A stretch of 64,000 bases of DNA from Pseudomonadota bacterium (GTDB lineage: Bacteria > Pseudomonadota > Alphaproteobacteria > SHVP01): contig JAQBYN010000015.1 of assembly GCA_027622715.1 (NCBI GenBank), forward strand, positions 11,745-75,744, in the 5' to 3' direction. The notes beneath the pieces were generated by a model. That model made no database searches, was not told the DNA's origin, and saw nothing but the letters and a program-made list of their open reading frames with translations. Position 1 is the first letter of the stretch. Each line of letters opens with the position of its first letter. Below are positions 1 through 10,291 of this stretch, piece by piece. Both the position numbers and the translations under genes were made by a program.

Positions 1-3000
1 CCTAAACGCACCGACATCAAAAGCATCCTTATTATCGGCGCCGGGCCGATCGTGATTGGGCAGGCGTGCGAGTTCGACTATTCGGGATCGCAGGCGTGCA
101 AGGCGTTGAAGGAAGAGGGTTACCGGATCGTGCTGGTCAACTCGAACCCAGCGACGATCATGACCGATCCGGATCTCGCCCATGCCACCTATATCGAGCC
201 GATCACCCCGGAGTTCGTGGCCAAGATCATCGAGAAGGAGCGGCCCGACGCGCTGTTGCCGACGATGGGTGGGCAAACCGCGCTCAACACCGCGTTGGCA
301 CTGGCTGAGGACGGCACTCTTGAGAAATACGGCGTCGAACTGATCGGCGCCAACGCCGAAGCCATCGCCAAAGCCGAAAACCGGCTGTCGTTTCGCGACG
401 CCATGACCAAGATCGGCCTTGAGAGCCCACTCAGCGGCATTGCCCACACCATGGAGGAGGCGCTTGAGGCGTTGAAGGTTGTCGGCCTGCCGGCGATCAT
501 CCGGCCCTCCTACACGCTGGGCGGCTTGGGCGGCGGTGTTGCCTACAACCGCGAGGAATTCGAGCAAATCATCGCGCGCGGCCTTGAGGCATCGCCCACC
601 ACCGAAGTGCTGGTGGAAGAATCGGTGCTCGGCTGGAAAGAATATGAAATGGAAGTCGTTCGCGACAAGAACGACAACGCCATCATCATTTGCTCGATCG
701 AAAACATCGACCCGATGGGCGTACACACCGGCGATTCGGTCACCGTGGCGCCGGCGCTGACTTTGACCGACAAAGAATACCAGATCATGCGCAGCGCCTC
801 GATTGCATGCCTGCGCGAGATCGGCGTCGAGACCGGTGGTTCGAACGTTCAGTTCGCGGTCAACCCCAAGACCGGCCGGTTGGTGGTGATCGAGATGAAC
901 CCGCGGGTATCGCGGTCTTCGGCGCTGGCCTCTAAGGCGACCGGGTTTCCCATCGCGAAAATCGCGGCGCGGCTTGCGGTCGGCTATACGCTCGACGAAC
1001 TCGACAACGACATCACCAAGGTGACGCCGGCGTCGTTTGAACCGACGATCGATTATGTCGTGACAAAAATCCCGCGCTTCACGTTTGAGAAATTCCGCGG
1101 CGCCGAAGCGATCCTGACGACGTCGATGAAATCGGTCGGCGAGGCGATGTCGATCGGCCGCACTTTTGCCGAGAGTCTGCAAAAAGCGCTACGGTCAATG
1201 GAGACCGGCCTGACCGGGCTCGACGAAGTCGAAATCCCCGACTTTGACGGCACCGACACTAACACCATCCGGGCCGCCCTGACCAAGCAAACGCCCGACC
1301 GGATCCTGTTGATCGCTCAAGCAATTCGTTCCGGCATGACGCTGACGGATATCCACGACTGCTGCCACTACGACATGTGGTTCCTGGAGCAGATCGCTGA
1401 AATCGTCGCGGTGGAGGCGGGCGTCCGCGCGCACGGGCTGCCCGACTCGCGGGCGGATCTGGCAACACTGAAGCGGATGGGATTTTCGGATGCGCGGCTG
1501 GCCACGCTAGCCGGTAAGGCCGAGACCGAGGTCGCCGCGTTGCGTCATACCCTCGGCGTGCACCCGGTTTACAAGCGCGTCGACACTTGCGCCGCTGAAT
1601 ACGAAGCCCAAACGCCGTACCTGTATTCAACCTACGAATACGACAGCGACGAGAGTGCCGGCGCAGCCGAGAACGAGGCGGCCCCGAGCGACCGCGAAAA
1701 AATCATCATTCTTGGCGGCGGCCCGAACCGCATCGGCCAAGGCATCGAGTTCGACTATTGCTGCGTCCATGCCGCCTACGCGCTGACCGAAAGCGGCTAT
1801 GAGACGATCATGATCAACTGCAATCCGGAAACCGTGTCGACCGATTACGACACCTCGGACCGCTTGTATTTCGAACCGCTGACCGCCGAAGACGTCATGG
1901 AAATTGTCCGCGCCGAAAGCGCAAACGGCAAACTCAAAGGGGTCATTGTGCAACTCGGCGGGCAGACCCCACTGAAACTCGCCGGCGATCTCTCGGCTGC
2001 TGGCGTGCCCATCCTGGGCACCTCACCGGATGCGATCGACCTGGCCGAGGACCGGCAACGGTTTCAGAAATTGCTGGGCAAGATCGGTCTGAAGCAACCG
2101 CCGAACGGGATCGCCTTTACCGCTGAGGACGCAGAGACCGTCGCGGAGGAGCTGGGGTATCCGGTGGTGATCCGGCCATCCTATGTCCTGGGTGGCCGGG
2201 CGATGGAGATCGTCCGTGATCGCGCCTCCTTACGCCGTTTCATCGGCGAAGCGATGCGGTTGTCGGGCCGCAACCCGGTGTTGATCGACAGTTATCTCGA
2301 CAACGCAATCGAAATCGATGTCGACGCCATCGCCGACGGCGACGACGTTTTCGTCGCGGGCATCATGGAACACATAGAAGAAGCCGGCATTCACTCCGGT
2401 GACTCGGCATGCTCGCTGCCGCCCTACTCATTGGCCGGCGTAACGATCGTCGAGTTGCGGCGACAGACCGAAGTATTGGCGCGCGCACTTGGCGTCGTCG
2501 GCCTCATGAACATTCAGTTTGCGATCAGGGACGGTGAAATCTTCATCTTGGAGGTCAATCCCCGCGCCAGCCGCACCGTACCGTTCGTTGCCAAATCAAT
2601 CGGCATTCCGATCGCCAAGATCGCATCGCGCGTGATGGCCGGTGAAAAACTTTCGAGCTTCAAGTTGACGCAACCCAATCCCAAGCACGTTTCGGTCAAA
2701 GAGGCTGTCTTCCCCTTCGCGCGGTTCCCCGGCGTCGATACGCTGTTGGGACCGGAAATGAAATCGACCGGTGAGGTGATGGGGATCGACACAACCTTCG
2801 ATCGCGCCTTCGCCAAGTCGCAGCTAGCGTCCGGCACAGCGTTGCCGCTTACCGGCAAAGTTTTCATCTCGGTGCGTGACGCTGATAAGGCGCAGCTCAT
2901 CGAGCCCGCCCGGCAACTCATTGCTCTTGGATTTGGGATCGTCGCATCGCGCGGCACCGCGACCTATCTAGAGGCCGCCGGCATTGCGGTGGAGCGCGTC

Positions 3001-3255
3001 AACAAGGTGCTCGAGGGTCGGCCCCATATCGTCGATGCGATGAAAAACGGCGATATCCAGTTGGTCTTCAATACGACCGATAGCGCCCAGGCCGTGGCAG
3101 ACAGCTTTACCTTGCGACGAACCGCCCTGACCAACGCCGTGCCCTATTATACGACCGTGGCAGGCTCGCGTGCGGCGGTCATGGCAATTGCGCGCCTTCG
3201 CGAGGGCAGCCTTGATGTGGCACCGTTGCAATCCTATTTTAGTGATCCCAATTGA
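1..3255 (+). CDS. carB: carbamoyl-phosphate synthase large subunit. The 5' end is truncated by the window edge.
   Basis: Translation from nt 1 in frame reads [41 protein letters not shown], the classic CarB N-terminus. Two ATP-grasp halves and the C-terminal MGS-like domain are visible. The ORF continues to the stop at 3255. Confidence 0.95.
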   Translation, partial: PKRTDIKSILIIGAGPIVIGQACEFDYSGSQACKALKEEGYRIVLVNSNPATIMTDPDLAHATYIEPITPEFVAKIIEKERPDALLPTMGGQTALNTALALAEDGTLEKYGVELIGANAEAIAKAENRLSFRDAMTKIGLESPLSGIAHTMEEALEALKVVGLPAIIRPSYTLGGLGGGVAYNREEFEQIIARGLEASPTTEVLVEESVLGWKEYEMEVVRDKNDNAIIICSIENIDPMGVHTGDSVTVAPALTLTDKEYQIMRSASIACLREIGVETGGSNVQFAVNPKTGRLVVIEMNPRVSRSSALASKATGFPIAKIAARLAVGYTLDELDNDITKVTPASFEPTIDYVVTKIPRFTFEKFRGAEAILTTSMKSVGEAMSIGRTFAESLQKALRSMETGLTGLDEVEIPDFDGTDTNTIRAALTKQTPDRILLIAQAIRSGMTLTDIHDCCHYDMWFLEQIAEIVAVEAGVRAHGLPDSRADLATLKRMGFSDARLATLAGKAETEVAALRHTLGVHPVYKRVDTCAAEYEAQTPYLYSTYEYDSDESAGAAENEAAPSDREKIIILGGGPNRIGQGIEFDYCCVHAAYALTESGYETIMINCNPETVSTDYDTSDRLYFEPLTAEDVMEIVRAESANGKLKGVIVQLGGQTPLKLAGDLSAAGVPILGTSPDAIDLAEDRQRFQKLLGKIGLKQPPNGIAFTAEDAETVAEELGYPVVIRPSYVLGGRAMEIVRDRASLRRFIGEAMRLSGRNPVLIDSYLDNAIEIDVDAIADGDDVFVAGIMEHIEEAGIHSGDSACSLPPYSLAGVTIVELRRQTEVLARALGVVGLMNIQFAIRDGEIFILEVNPRASRTVPFVAKSIGIPIAKIASRVMAGEKLSSFKLTQPNPKHVSVKEAVFPFARFPGVDTLLGPEMKSTGEVMGIDTTFDRAFAKSQLASGTALPLTGKVFISVRDADKAQLIEPARQLIALGFGIVASRGTATYLEAAGIAVERVNKVLEGRPHIVDAMKNGDIQLVFNTTDSAQAVADSFTLRRTALTNAVPYYTTVAGSRAAVMAIARLREGSLDVAPLQSYFSDPN

Positions 3256-3314
3256 TCTGGTCGCCGCATCGCGTTTGATATCGTGCCGACCGCGTTTCTG
3301 GTAAGATTGCGCCC

Positions 3315-3809
3315 ATGATTAAAGAACCAATGACAGCCGACGGTTATCGGCGCGTTGAAACAGAATTGAAGCGCCTCAAACATGAGGAGCGTCCCGCTGT
3401 CATCAAAGCGATCGAGGAGGCGCGCGCGCACGGCGACTTGTCGGAGAACGCCGAATATCACGCCGCCAAAGAACGCCAAGCCTACGTCGAAGGCCGCGTC
3501 GCCGAGCTTGAAGACAAGATCAGCCGGGCCGAGGTTATAGACCTATCGACGCTGACGGGGACCACGGTGATGTTCGGGGCGACGGTCTCGGTCGCCGACG
3601 AAGACACCGACGAGGAGTCGACCTATCAGATCGTCGGCACCGAAGAATCGGACATAAAACAGGGACGCTTGTCGATTGCATCACCTCTCGCACGGGCGCT
3701 GATCGGTAAGTCGGTCGGTGATTCGGCGGAAGTTAGTACGCCAAAAGGACCGCGGTCCTACGAGATAATCTCGCTGCGCTACGAACAGGCTCGCCCGCCG
3801 GCCGACTAG
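3315..3809 (+). CDS. greA: transcription elongation factor GreA
   Basis: 164 aa. The N-terminal coiled-coil carries the LSENAEYHAAKERQ motif, and the C-terminal FKBP-like domain carries the SIASPLARALIGKSVGD motif. Confidence 0.93.
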   Translation: MIKEPMTADGYRRVETELKRLKHEERPAVIKAIEEARAHGDLSENAEYHAAKERQAYVEGRVAELEDKISRAEVIDLSTLTGTTVMFGATVSVADEDTDEESTYQIVGTEESDIKQGRLSIASPLARALIGKSVGDSAEVSTPKGPRSYEIISLRYEQARPPAD

Positions 3810-6367
3810 GAGTCTGCGGCGATGCGCGTTGGCGCGGCCGCGCTGCTTTTCTTGGTGGCATCAAGAAGACGTCGGACACGCAGCGCGAGATCTTCCCGCG
3901 AGTAAGGCTTCATCAGTATCTCGACATCGCGTGCGGCGTCCTTCAAAGCACCCCGCGCATAGCCGGTGGTAAACAAAACAGGCCCGACGAAGCCGAGGGT
4001 TCGCGCATTGCGCACCAGTGCCTCGCCGTCCATCCCGCCGGGAAGAACAACGTCACTCACAATGAGATCGAACTTCCCATTGGACCGGAGAAGATCGATA
4101 GCGGTTTTCCCGTCGGCGGCAGCAACTACGTCGTAACCCAGAGAGCGTAGCGACGAACCAATGTGCTCGCGCACATCGTTGTCGTCCTCGACAACGAATA
4201 GCCGCTCATCACCGTGCGGTAGGTGCGCCGCGGCGAGATTCGACATTTCTGGAGCGCGCACTTTTGCGCCTGACGTCGGAAAGTAGAGTGTGACCGTGGT
4301 CCCGCGACCCGGCGCCGTAACGATCTCTGCGCCGCCGCCGGACTGACGGGCAAACCCGTAGATCATCGACAGACCGAGGCCGCTTCCCTTGCCGACGTCT
4401 TTCGTCGTGAAAAATGGGTCGAACGCCCGCGAGACGACGTCGGCCGACATGCCGCTTCCATTGTCGGTCACAGCGACCGTCACATAACTTCCGGCTTCCA
4501 ACCTATCTTCGCCCATCAATCGGCGGGCGGGATCAACAATGGCCGTCGCCGTTTCAATGGTGACCATGCCGCCCTCCGGCATCGCGTCCCGGGCGTTTAG
4601 CGTCAGGTTCAAGACGGCGTTTTCAAGCTGTCCCGCATCGACCATTGTGGCAGGGACGCTTTCTCCCAGACTTAGGCGCACCTCGATACGCTCGCCGAGC
4701 GAGCGAACCAAGAGATCGGCGAAACTACCAATGAGATCGGAGACTGACGCTTGGCTGGGCTGGAGCATTTGCCGGCGCGAAAATGCGAGAAGCCGCTGGG
4801 TGAGTTCTGCCGCCCTTAGGGCGCCGCGGCGCGCGGACCGGATCGCGCCCGTTGCAGGCAGCTCTTCGGGCAATGCCTCCTCGGCGAGATCGAGGTTGCC
4901 GAGGACGACGGTCAATAGATTGTTGAAGTCGTGCGCGATTCCCCCTGTCAATTGGCCGAGGGTCTCCATCTTTTGCGCTTGCCGAAGTTGTTCTTCCAAA
5001 CGCCGCCGGTCGGTGACGTCGATTCCGAAGACAAAAATTGCGTCGACCTCACCCCGTCGCAAGTGCGGTACGACGCTAACCGCGTAGTGACGTTGCGCCG
5101 CGCCTCCGCCGAGGGTCATTTCTTGGCTGACCGATTCGCCACAAAATCCTAGATCTAAAATCGGCCCCAGACTGGCAGCGTCGGCTTCCTCATAAAACTC
5201 GCTCCACTCGTGACCAACCATCTGCTCTGGTAGACGTCCGACCGAAGCCGCGCGGGCCAAGTTGACGAAACGAAAACGGCCATCACGGTCGATCAAGGAA
5301 ACCAAGAAAGGAAGGCTGTCCGAGATCAATCGCAGTTGGCGCTCGCTCTTCTCAATTTCGCGGTCCTTGCGGGTCAATTCGGTAATGTCGGTGAGCGTGG
5401 CAACGGTCCGACCATCGCTCGCTCGGCGCTCGAAACTTCGGATTAGCGTCCCTTCAGGGGTCTTGTAAATGCTGGTGTGCTCGGCGTGCGCGCTCAAGTT
5501 GTGCATTCGTTCGTTCAGCCAATCCCGAACTGCCGTGCGGGTCAACACCGGGAGTAGATCAGCCATTGCCCAGGTCATTTCTTCGACCGACAACCCGACG
5601 CGAAGCACCTTGGCGACTTCCCCGTTGAGGCGCGCAAAGGCGTGATTCCAAAGGACGAGATGATCATTTTGGTCAAACAGGGCAAACCCGTCACTGGTCG
5701 CCTCCAGAATGATCGCAAGACGACCATGTGCATCGGCAGCCTCCGCTTGTTTTTCGCGCCCAATCTTTGTCAGGACTTCATAGCGTGCCTCGCGATCTTT
5801 TTGCTCCGCGATATGGACCGACCTGAACGCCACCAGGCCACCGACGCCGGTGACCGCCAGCAGCAGAATGAACACCGCGATTAGCGGGGTCGGCGGGCGG
5901 AGCGAGTGCGTAATGGACAACAACGCGACCGGTCCAGCCGGGCCCTGGACAATGATACTTTCCCTGTGGGTGGGTCCCTTCGGCTCGCCACCGACCGACC
6001 GGAGTAGATTTCCGTCGAGCGCATCTAGTCGGACTCGAACCGCCCGGCCGGGAATGAGGACCGCCGCCGGGAACGGAAGAAGGGCACGAGTCAGAATGGC
6101 CTCCGCCGCCGCCGACCGTTGCCAAGCGGCGTCGTCAGCTGCCAATTGGGACAGTTCAATCGCGGTTGTATGCCCGACGCTTTTAACGGTCTTTTCGATG
6201 GCCAAGAAATCTTGGATTATGGTGACGCGCCCGACCACGAACAAAACGAACAACGTCGCCCACAACGTCAAATAGACGATCCGGCCGCGACGCCAGGGCG
6301 GCCGCTTTGGCACTTCGGAGGCAACGGTCATGGAACAAGCATCTACCCGCCTACGCGTTTGCGCCAT
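3806..6367 (-). CDS. hybrid sensor histidine kinase/response regulator (two TM segments, periplasmic domain, PAS, HisKA, HATPase, REC)
   Basis: 853 aa. Two hydrophobic segments flank a roughly 130-aa periplasmic region. An H-box (GGIAHDFNNLL) is present. G-boxes (DNGSGM, GSGLGLS) are present. The C-terminal receiver has a DD pair and the conserved Asp in LIVSDVVLPGGMDG. The true start may instead be the internal Met at 6331 (MTVASE). Confidence 0.85.
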   Translation of the reverse strand: MAQTRRRVDACSMTVASEVPKRPPWRRGRIVYLTLWATLFVLFVVGRVTIIQDFLAIEKTVKSVGHTTAIELSQLAADDAAWQRSAAAEAILTRALLPFPAAVLIPGRAVRVRLDALDGNLLRSVGGEPKGPTHRESIIVQGPAGPVALLSITHSLRPPTPLIAVFILLLAVTGVGGLVAFRSVHIAEQKDREARYEVLTKIGREKQAEAADAHGRLAIILEATSDGFALFDQNDHLVLWNHAFARLNGEVAKVLRVGLSVEEMTWAMADLLPVLTRTAVRDWLNERMHNLSAHAEHTSIYKTPEGTLIRSFERRASDGRTVATLTDITELTRKDREIEKSERQLRLISDSLPFLVSLIDRDGRFRFVNLARAASVGRLPEQMVGHEWSEFYEEADAASLGPILDLGFCGESVSQEMTLGGGAAQRHYAVSVVPHLRRGEVDAIFVFGIDVTDRRRLEEQLRQAQKMETLGQLTGGIAHDFNNLLTVVLGNLDLAEEALPEELPATGAIRSARRGALRAAELTQRLLAFSRRQMLQPSQASVSDLIGSFADLLVRSLGERIEVRLSLGESVPATMVDAGQLENAVLNLTLNARDAMPEGGMVTIETATAIVDPARRLMGEDRLEAGSYVTVAVTDNGSGMSADVVSRAFDPFFTTKDVGKGSGLGLSMIYGFARQSGGGAEIVTAPGRGTTVTLYFPTSGAKVRAPEMSNLAAAHLPHGDERLFVVEDDNDVREHIGSSLRSLGYDVVAAADGKTAIDLLRSNGKFDLIVSDVVLPGGMDGEALVRNARTLGFVGPVLFTTGYARGALKDAARDVEILMKPYSREDLALRVRRLLDATKKSSAAAPTRIAADS

Positions 6368-6405
6368 TCGGATGATTACTCGCCCGCTAAGGGGTGGCCC
6401 GCAGC

Positions 6406-6882
6406 TTATTCCGCTTCGAGCGGGACCCCGGGCTCGACCTTATTTGCACGTATCGCGAGAGAACTTTTCACATGCGCAACGTTCGGTGCAGCCGTGAGTT
6501 CTCGCGTGAGAAAAGTCTGATATTCGTCCCAATCGCGGGCAACGATTTTTAGAAGGAAATCGACCTCGCCCGCCAGCATGTGGCATTCGCGCACCATCGG
6601 CCACGCGGTGCACCGGCGCTCAAAGGCGGCCAGATCGCTCTCGGCCTGCGAATCGAGGCCAACCATGGCAAAAACGGTCACATCGAAGCCCAACGCCTTG
6701 GCATCGAGATCGGCATGGTAGCCGCGGATATAGCCGTCGCGCTCCAGCGCCCGAACGCGCCGTAGGCAAGGCGGCGCTGAAATCCCGGCGCGCCTTGCGA
6801 GGTCGACATTGGTCATGCGACCGTTCCGTTGCAGGTCGACCAGAATGCGTTGGTCGATGTCGTCGAGCTTGACCCGGGCCAT
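6406..6882 (-). CDS. Lrp/AsnC family transcriptional regulator
   Basis: 158 aa. It has an N-terminal HTH (DDIDQRILVDLQRNGRMTNVDLARRAGIS) and a C-terminal RAM/AsnC_trans domain. Confidence 0.9.
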   Translation of the reverse strand: MARVKLDDIDQRILVDLQRNGRMTNVDLARRAGISAPPCLRRVRALERDGYIRGYHADLDAKALGFDVTVFAMVGLDSQAESDLAAFERRCTAWPMVRECHMLAGEVDFLLKIVARDWDEYQTFLTRELTAAPNVAHVKSSLAIRANKVEPGVPLEAE

Positions 6883-6950
6883 GCATCCTCCGTTGTGCGC
6901 TGCGGCGCAGCATTATAATAAAGTTTCGTATTCGTGAAAGATTATTGCGC

Positions 6951-7946
6951 ATGAGCGACGAGGGTCCGCCCTGCTGGGTGCTTTCGGATGGTAAGGCCGG
7001 CACGGAAAACCAGTGCATCGGCCTGGCCGAGGCGCTCGGCATCTCGTTTTTGGTACATCGCCTCGCCCGTCGCGCCGTCACCGATTGGCTGCCGGCCCAG
7101 TTTTGGGCCGCTACCGGAACACTGGCGCTGCGTGCCGCGGGCCGGGCCCCCGGTCTCAAGCCACCCTGGCCGCGCCTCTTGATCGCCGCGGGCCGCCCGA
7201 GCGTGGGCCCGGCGATAGCCATTCGCCGCGCAGCACAGGGCGCGACGTTCGTCGTGCAATTACAGGATCCGCGTGTCGCACCGAGACACTTCGATCTCGT
7301 CATCCCGCCGGCACATGACGGCTTGGTTGGTCCCAACGTCCTGCCGACACTAGGCGCCCTCCACCGCATTACATCCGACAAATTGGCGGCCGCAGCCGAT
7401 CGTTGGCAAGGCCGATACGCTGCGCTCCCGCAGCCACGCATTGCTGTTCTGATTGGTGGCGCCAGCAAGCATCACCGGATGTCGATTGACACCGCCAAAC
7501 GCATCGGGATGCAGTTGCGTGCGCTTTGCCTGTCGTCTGGCGCCAGCCTGATGATTACCACCTCGCGGCGCACCGATCCGGCCTGCCACCAGGCGCTGGC
7601 GCAAGCGCTCGTCGGGCAGCCCGTGGATTTCTGGGATGGCACCGGCGACAATCCGTATGCGGGCATGCTGGCAACCGCAGACGGTATCGTGGTCACGGCG
7701 GACTCGGTGACCATGGCCTCAGAGGCGGCAACCACCGGCAAGCCGGTGTTCGTCGCGGACCTGGTTGGCGGCAGCCCAAAATTCGACCGTTTCCACGACA
7801 CCCTGCGACAACGTGGGATCAGCCGAGAATTCGACGGTCACTGGGCGACGTGGACCTACCAGCCACTGAACGAGGCGCACCGAATAGCCGAGGAAGTCCG
7901 TCGTCGCTTGGCGTTGCCGCCGCCCAATGGCGACGATTTCCACTAA
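6951..7946 (+). CDS. ELM1/DUF1022 family protein (mitochondrial-fission ELM1-like, putative glycosyltransferase fold)
   Basis: The N-terminus WVLSDGKAGTENQCIGLAEALG matches the conserved start of bacterial ELM1-family proteins. It is about 330 aa long. The ATG at 6951 is preferred over the upstream TTG at 6945. Confidence 0.7.
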   Translation: MSDEGPPCWVLSDGKAGTENQCIGLAEALGISFLVHRLARRAVTDWLPAQFWAATGTLALRAAGRAPGLKPPWPRLLIAAGRPSVGPAIAIRRAAQGATFVVQLQDPRVAPRHFDLVIPPAHDGLVGPNVLPTLGALHRITSDKLAAAADRWQGRYAALPQPRIAVLIGGASKHHRMSIDTAKRIGMQLRALCLSSGASLMITTSRRTDPACHQALAQALVGQPVDFWDGTGDNPYAGMLATADGIVVTADSVTMASEAATTGKPVFVADLVGGSPKFDRFHDTLRQRGISREFDGHWATWTYQPLNEAHRIAEEVRRRLALPPPNGDDFH

Positions 7947-8044
7947 GCCAAGAGGCCCGATATGGCGCTTGCAAACGGGGCATAAAACCCTACTTTTCCC
8001 GGCATGCGTTTGACGCATAGCTCACCAGAACGACGGGAGGTTCC

Positions 8045-9013
8045 ATGTCTCAGCAGCACCATAGCCGCGTACTGATCCTGGGATCGGGCCCTGCCGGCCT
8101 TACCGCCGCGATCTACGCCGCGCGCGCCAACCTCGAGCCGATTCTGGTTCATGGCATCCAGCCCGGCGGTCAAATGACGATCACCACCGACGTCGAAAAC
8201 TATCCTGGGTTCGCCGAGGTGGTTCAGGGCCCTTGGCTCATGGAGGAGATGCAGAAACAGGCTGAAAGTGTCGGCACGCGGATGATCGCCGACACAATCA
8301 CCGAGGTCGATCTGTCGCGCCGCCCGTTTCGCGCGGTCGGCGACTCCGGCGACACCTACAGCGCCGACGCTGTGATTGTCGCAACCGGCGCCCAAGCCAA
8401 ATGGTTGGGTCTGCCCAGTGAGGACAAGTTCAAGGGCTTCGGCGTCTCGGCATGTGCGACGTGTGACGGTTTCTTCTTTCGCGGCCGCACTGTCGTGGTG
8501 ATCGGTGGCGGGAACACGGCCGTCGAAGAAGCACTCTATCTAACCAATCACGCGTCCAAGGTGACGCTTGTCCATCGCCGCGACACCTTGCGCTCAGAGA
8601 AAATCCTGCAGGATCGGCTGTTCAAGAATCCCAAGGTCGAAGTGCGCTGGGACACTGTGCTCGAAGAGGTCGTCGGTGCCGAGGACCCGTTGGGTGTGAC
8701 CGGGGCGCGGCTGCGCAATATCAAGACCGCCGAAAGCGAGGTCCTTGCTGTCGACGGCGTATTCGTCGCCATCGGACACACACCCAATACCGAAATATTC
8801 AAAGGCGTGCTCGACATGGACGGCGAAGGGTATTTGATCACCAAGCCCGATTCGACGCGGACCAATATCGAGGGGGTCTTCGCGGCGGGCGACGTCCAGG
8901 ACAAAATATTTCGCCAGGCAGTAACGGCGGCAGGCACTGGCTGCATGGCCGCCCTTGAAACGGAAAAGTATTTGGCGACCTTGGAAGAGCCTGCGGCGGC
9001 AGCGGCCGAGTAA
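8045..9013 (+). CDS. trxB: thioredoxin-disulfide reductase
   Basis: FAD motif ILGSGPAGLTAAIYAARA. Redox-active CATCDG. NADPH motif VIGGGNTAVEEALYL. 322 aa. Confidence 0.95.
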   Translation: MSQQHHSRVLILGSGPAGLTAAIYAARANLEPILVHGIQPGGQMTITTDVENYPGFAEVVQGPWLMEEMQKQAESVGTRMIADTITEVDLSRRPFRAVGDSGDTYSADAVIVATGAQAKWLGLPSEDKFKGFGVSACATCDGFFFRGRTVVVIGGGNTAVEEALYLTNHASKVTLVHRRDTLRSEKILQDRLFKNPKVEVRWDTVLEEVVGAEDPLGVTGARLRNIKTAESEVLAVDGVFVAIGHTPNTEIFKGVLDMDGEGYLITKPDSTRTNIEGVFAAGDVQDKIFRQAVTAAGTGCMAALETEKYLATLEEPAAAAAE

Positions 9014-9023
9014 GCGGCAGCTC

Positions 9024-9914
9024 ATGGATTGGAATCGCCTCAAGGTCTTTCACGCTGTGGCCGAGGCCGGCAGCTTTACCCGCGCCGGCGAATTGCTGAA
9101 CCTGAGCCAGTCGGCGATCAGCCGTCAGATTAGCGCGCTGGAAGGCGAACTCGGCACGCCACTGTTTCACCGTCATGCCCGCGGGCTGAGCCTTACTGAA
9201 CAGGGCGACTCACTTTACCGGACAGCACACGAGATCTCGGCGAAGCTCGCGATGACCGAGGCAGTCTTGGGCGAATCCCGCGAACGCCCGACCGGCAAAC
9301 TCAAGATCACCACCACGGTGGGATTCGGCTCGACCTGGCTAACCCCGCGGATCGGAGAATTTCTGGAACTCTACCCGGAGGTCACCGTGGACGTCGTCCT
9401 CGATGACCGGCTTCTCGACCTCAGCATGCGTGAGGCTGACATCGCGATTCGCATGCGGCCCCCGACTCAGGCCGACCTCGTTCAACGGCGCCTTCTCACC
9501 GTACACAACCACCTTTACGCTTCACCAACCTACTTGAAACGGCACGGCACGCCGCGCGACCTCGCCGATCTGCAAAATCACCGGATCATTACGTATGGCG
9601 AGGACACGCCACCGCCGGTGACCGAGATCAACTGGCTGCAAAAGGCTGGACGCAAACAGGGACTGAATCTTGTGCCGGTGCTCACGGTGAACAATGTTTA
9701 CGGGCTCCTCCTTGCCGTTGAGAGTGATGTCGGCGTCGCCTCCCTGCCCGACTACATGATCACGGGGCATTCCAACGTCGTGCGCGTGCTCCCCGATGTC
9801 GATGCACCGTCATTCGACACGTTCCTGGTCTACCCAGATGAACTGCGCGAAACGAAGAAAATCAGCGTTTTCCGGGATTTTCTGCTCAACAAGGTCGCCG
9901 GGTGGCGCTTCTAA
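9024..9914 (+). CDS. LysR family transcriptional regulator
   Basis: The ATG at 9024 gives MDWNRLKVFHAVAEAGSFTRAGELLNLSQSAISRQISALE, a LysR-type HTH. The C-terminal domain is a substrate-binding domain. It lies 10 bp after the trxB stop. Confidence 0.88.
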   Translation: MDWNRLKVFHAVAEAGSFTRAGELLNLSQSAISRQISALEGELGTPLFHRHARGLSLTEQGDSLYRTAHEISAKLAMTEAVLGESRERPTGKLKITTTVGFGSTWLTPRIGEFLELYPEVTVDVVLDDRLLDLSMREADIAIRMRPPTQADLVQRRLLTVHNHLYASPTYLKRHGTPRDLADLQNHRIITYGEDTPPPVTEINWLQKAGRKQGLNLVPVLTVNNVYGLLLAVESDVGVASLPDYMITGHSNVVRVLPDVDAPSFDTFLVYPDELRETKKISVFRDFLLNKVAGWRF

Positions 9915-10108
9915 CGCATTGACGTTGGGTTACCCATGCGCGATCCGCATAGCTGGTTTGCGCTCCTAGGGGTGGTATTCGCCCGCCACTGGCCCTAAAT
10001 ATTTTTCAAATCTGGCGTGGCACTGCCGCGTTGGATGGCGGCACTCGGTCATATCGTTTTTGGCCGGGTCCGCACGTCTCCCAGACGTTAAGCCTCCCTG
10101 TTATGACT

Positions 10109-10138
10109 GGCCGGACCTTCGGGTCCGGCCTTTTTTTT
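10109..10138 (+). terminator. rho-independent terminator (GGCCGGACC-TTCG-GGTCCGGCC followed by T8)
   Basis: A perfect 9-bp GC-rich stem, a 4-nt loop and eight consecutive T residues, seen directly in the sequence. It lies about 195 nt after the LysR stop and about 150 nt before the 5'-nucleotidase start. Confidence 0.8.
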
Positions 10139-10291
10139 GCCGATATGCCGACGATTCGGTCACGGCCGGGCGGCGCCTCGTTCGCCAGTGGCGACACCCC
10201 TACCTATTGCACTTGCTACAAGCCGCGCCCGGCGCGACCATCCACCCGCAATAACCGTGATGCACAAACAAAAATCGTTGGGGAGGCTCAG

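Noticed and set aside
6620-7468. Long antisense or shadow ORFs throughout the window (for example 6620..7468-, 13074..13841-, 13127..13804-, 20924..21874-, 50191..50937-, 11114..11536-)
   Set aside because: They run opposite to, or overlap, well-supported genes. Their products are dominated by Arg, Pro, Ala and Gly, as is typical of spurious ORFs in high-GC DNA. None shows a recognisable domain.
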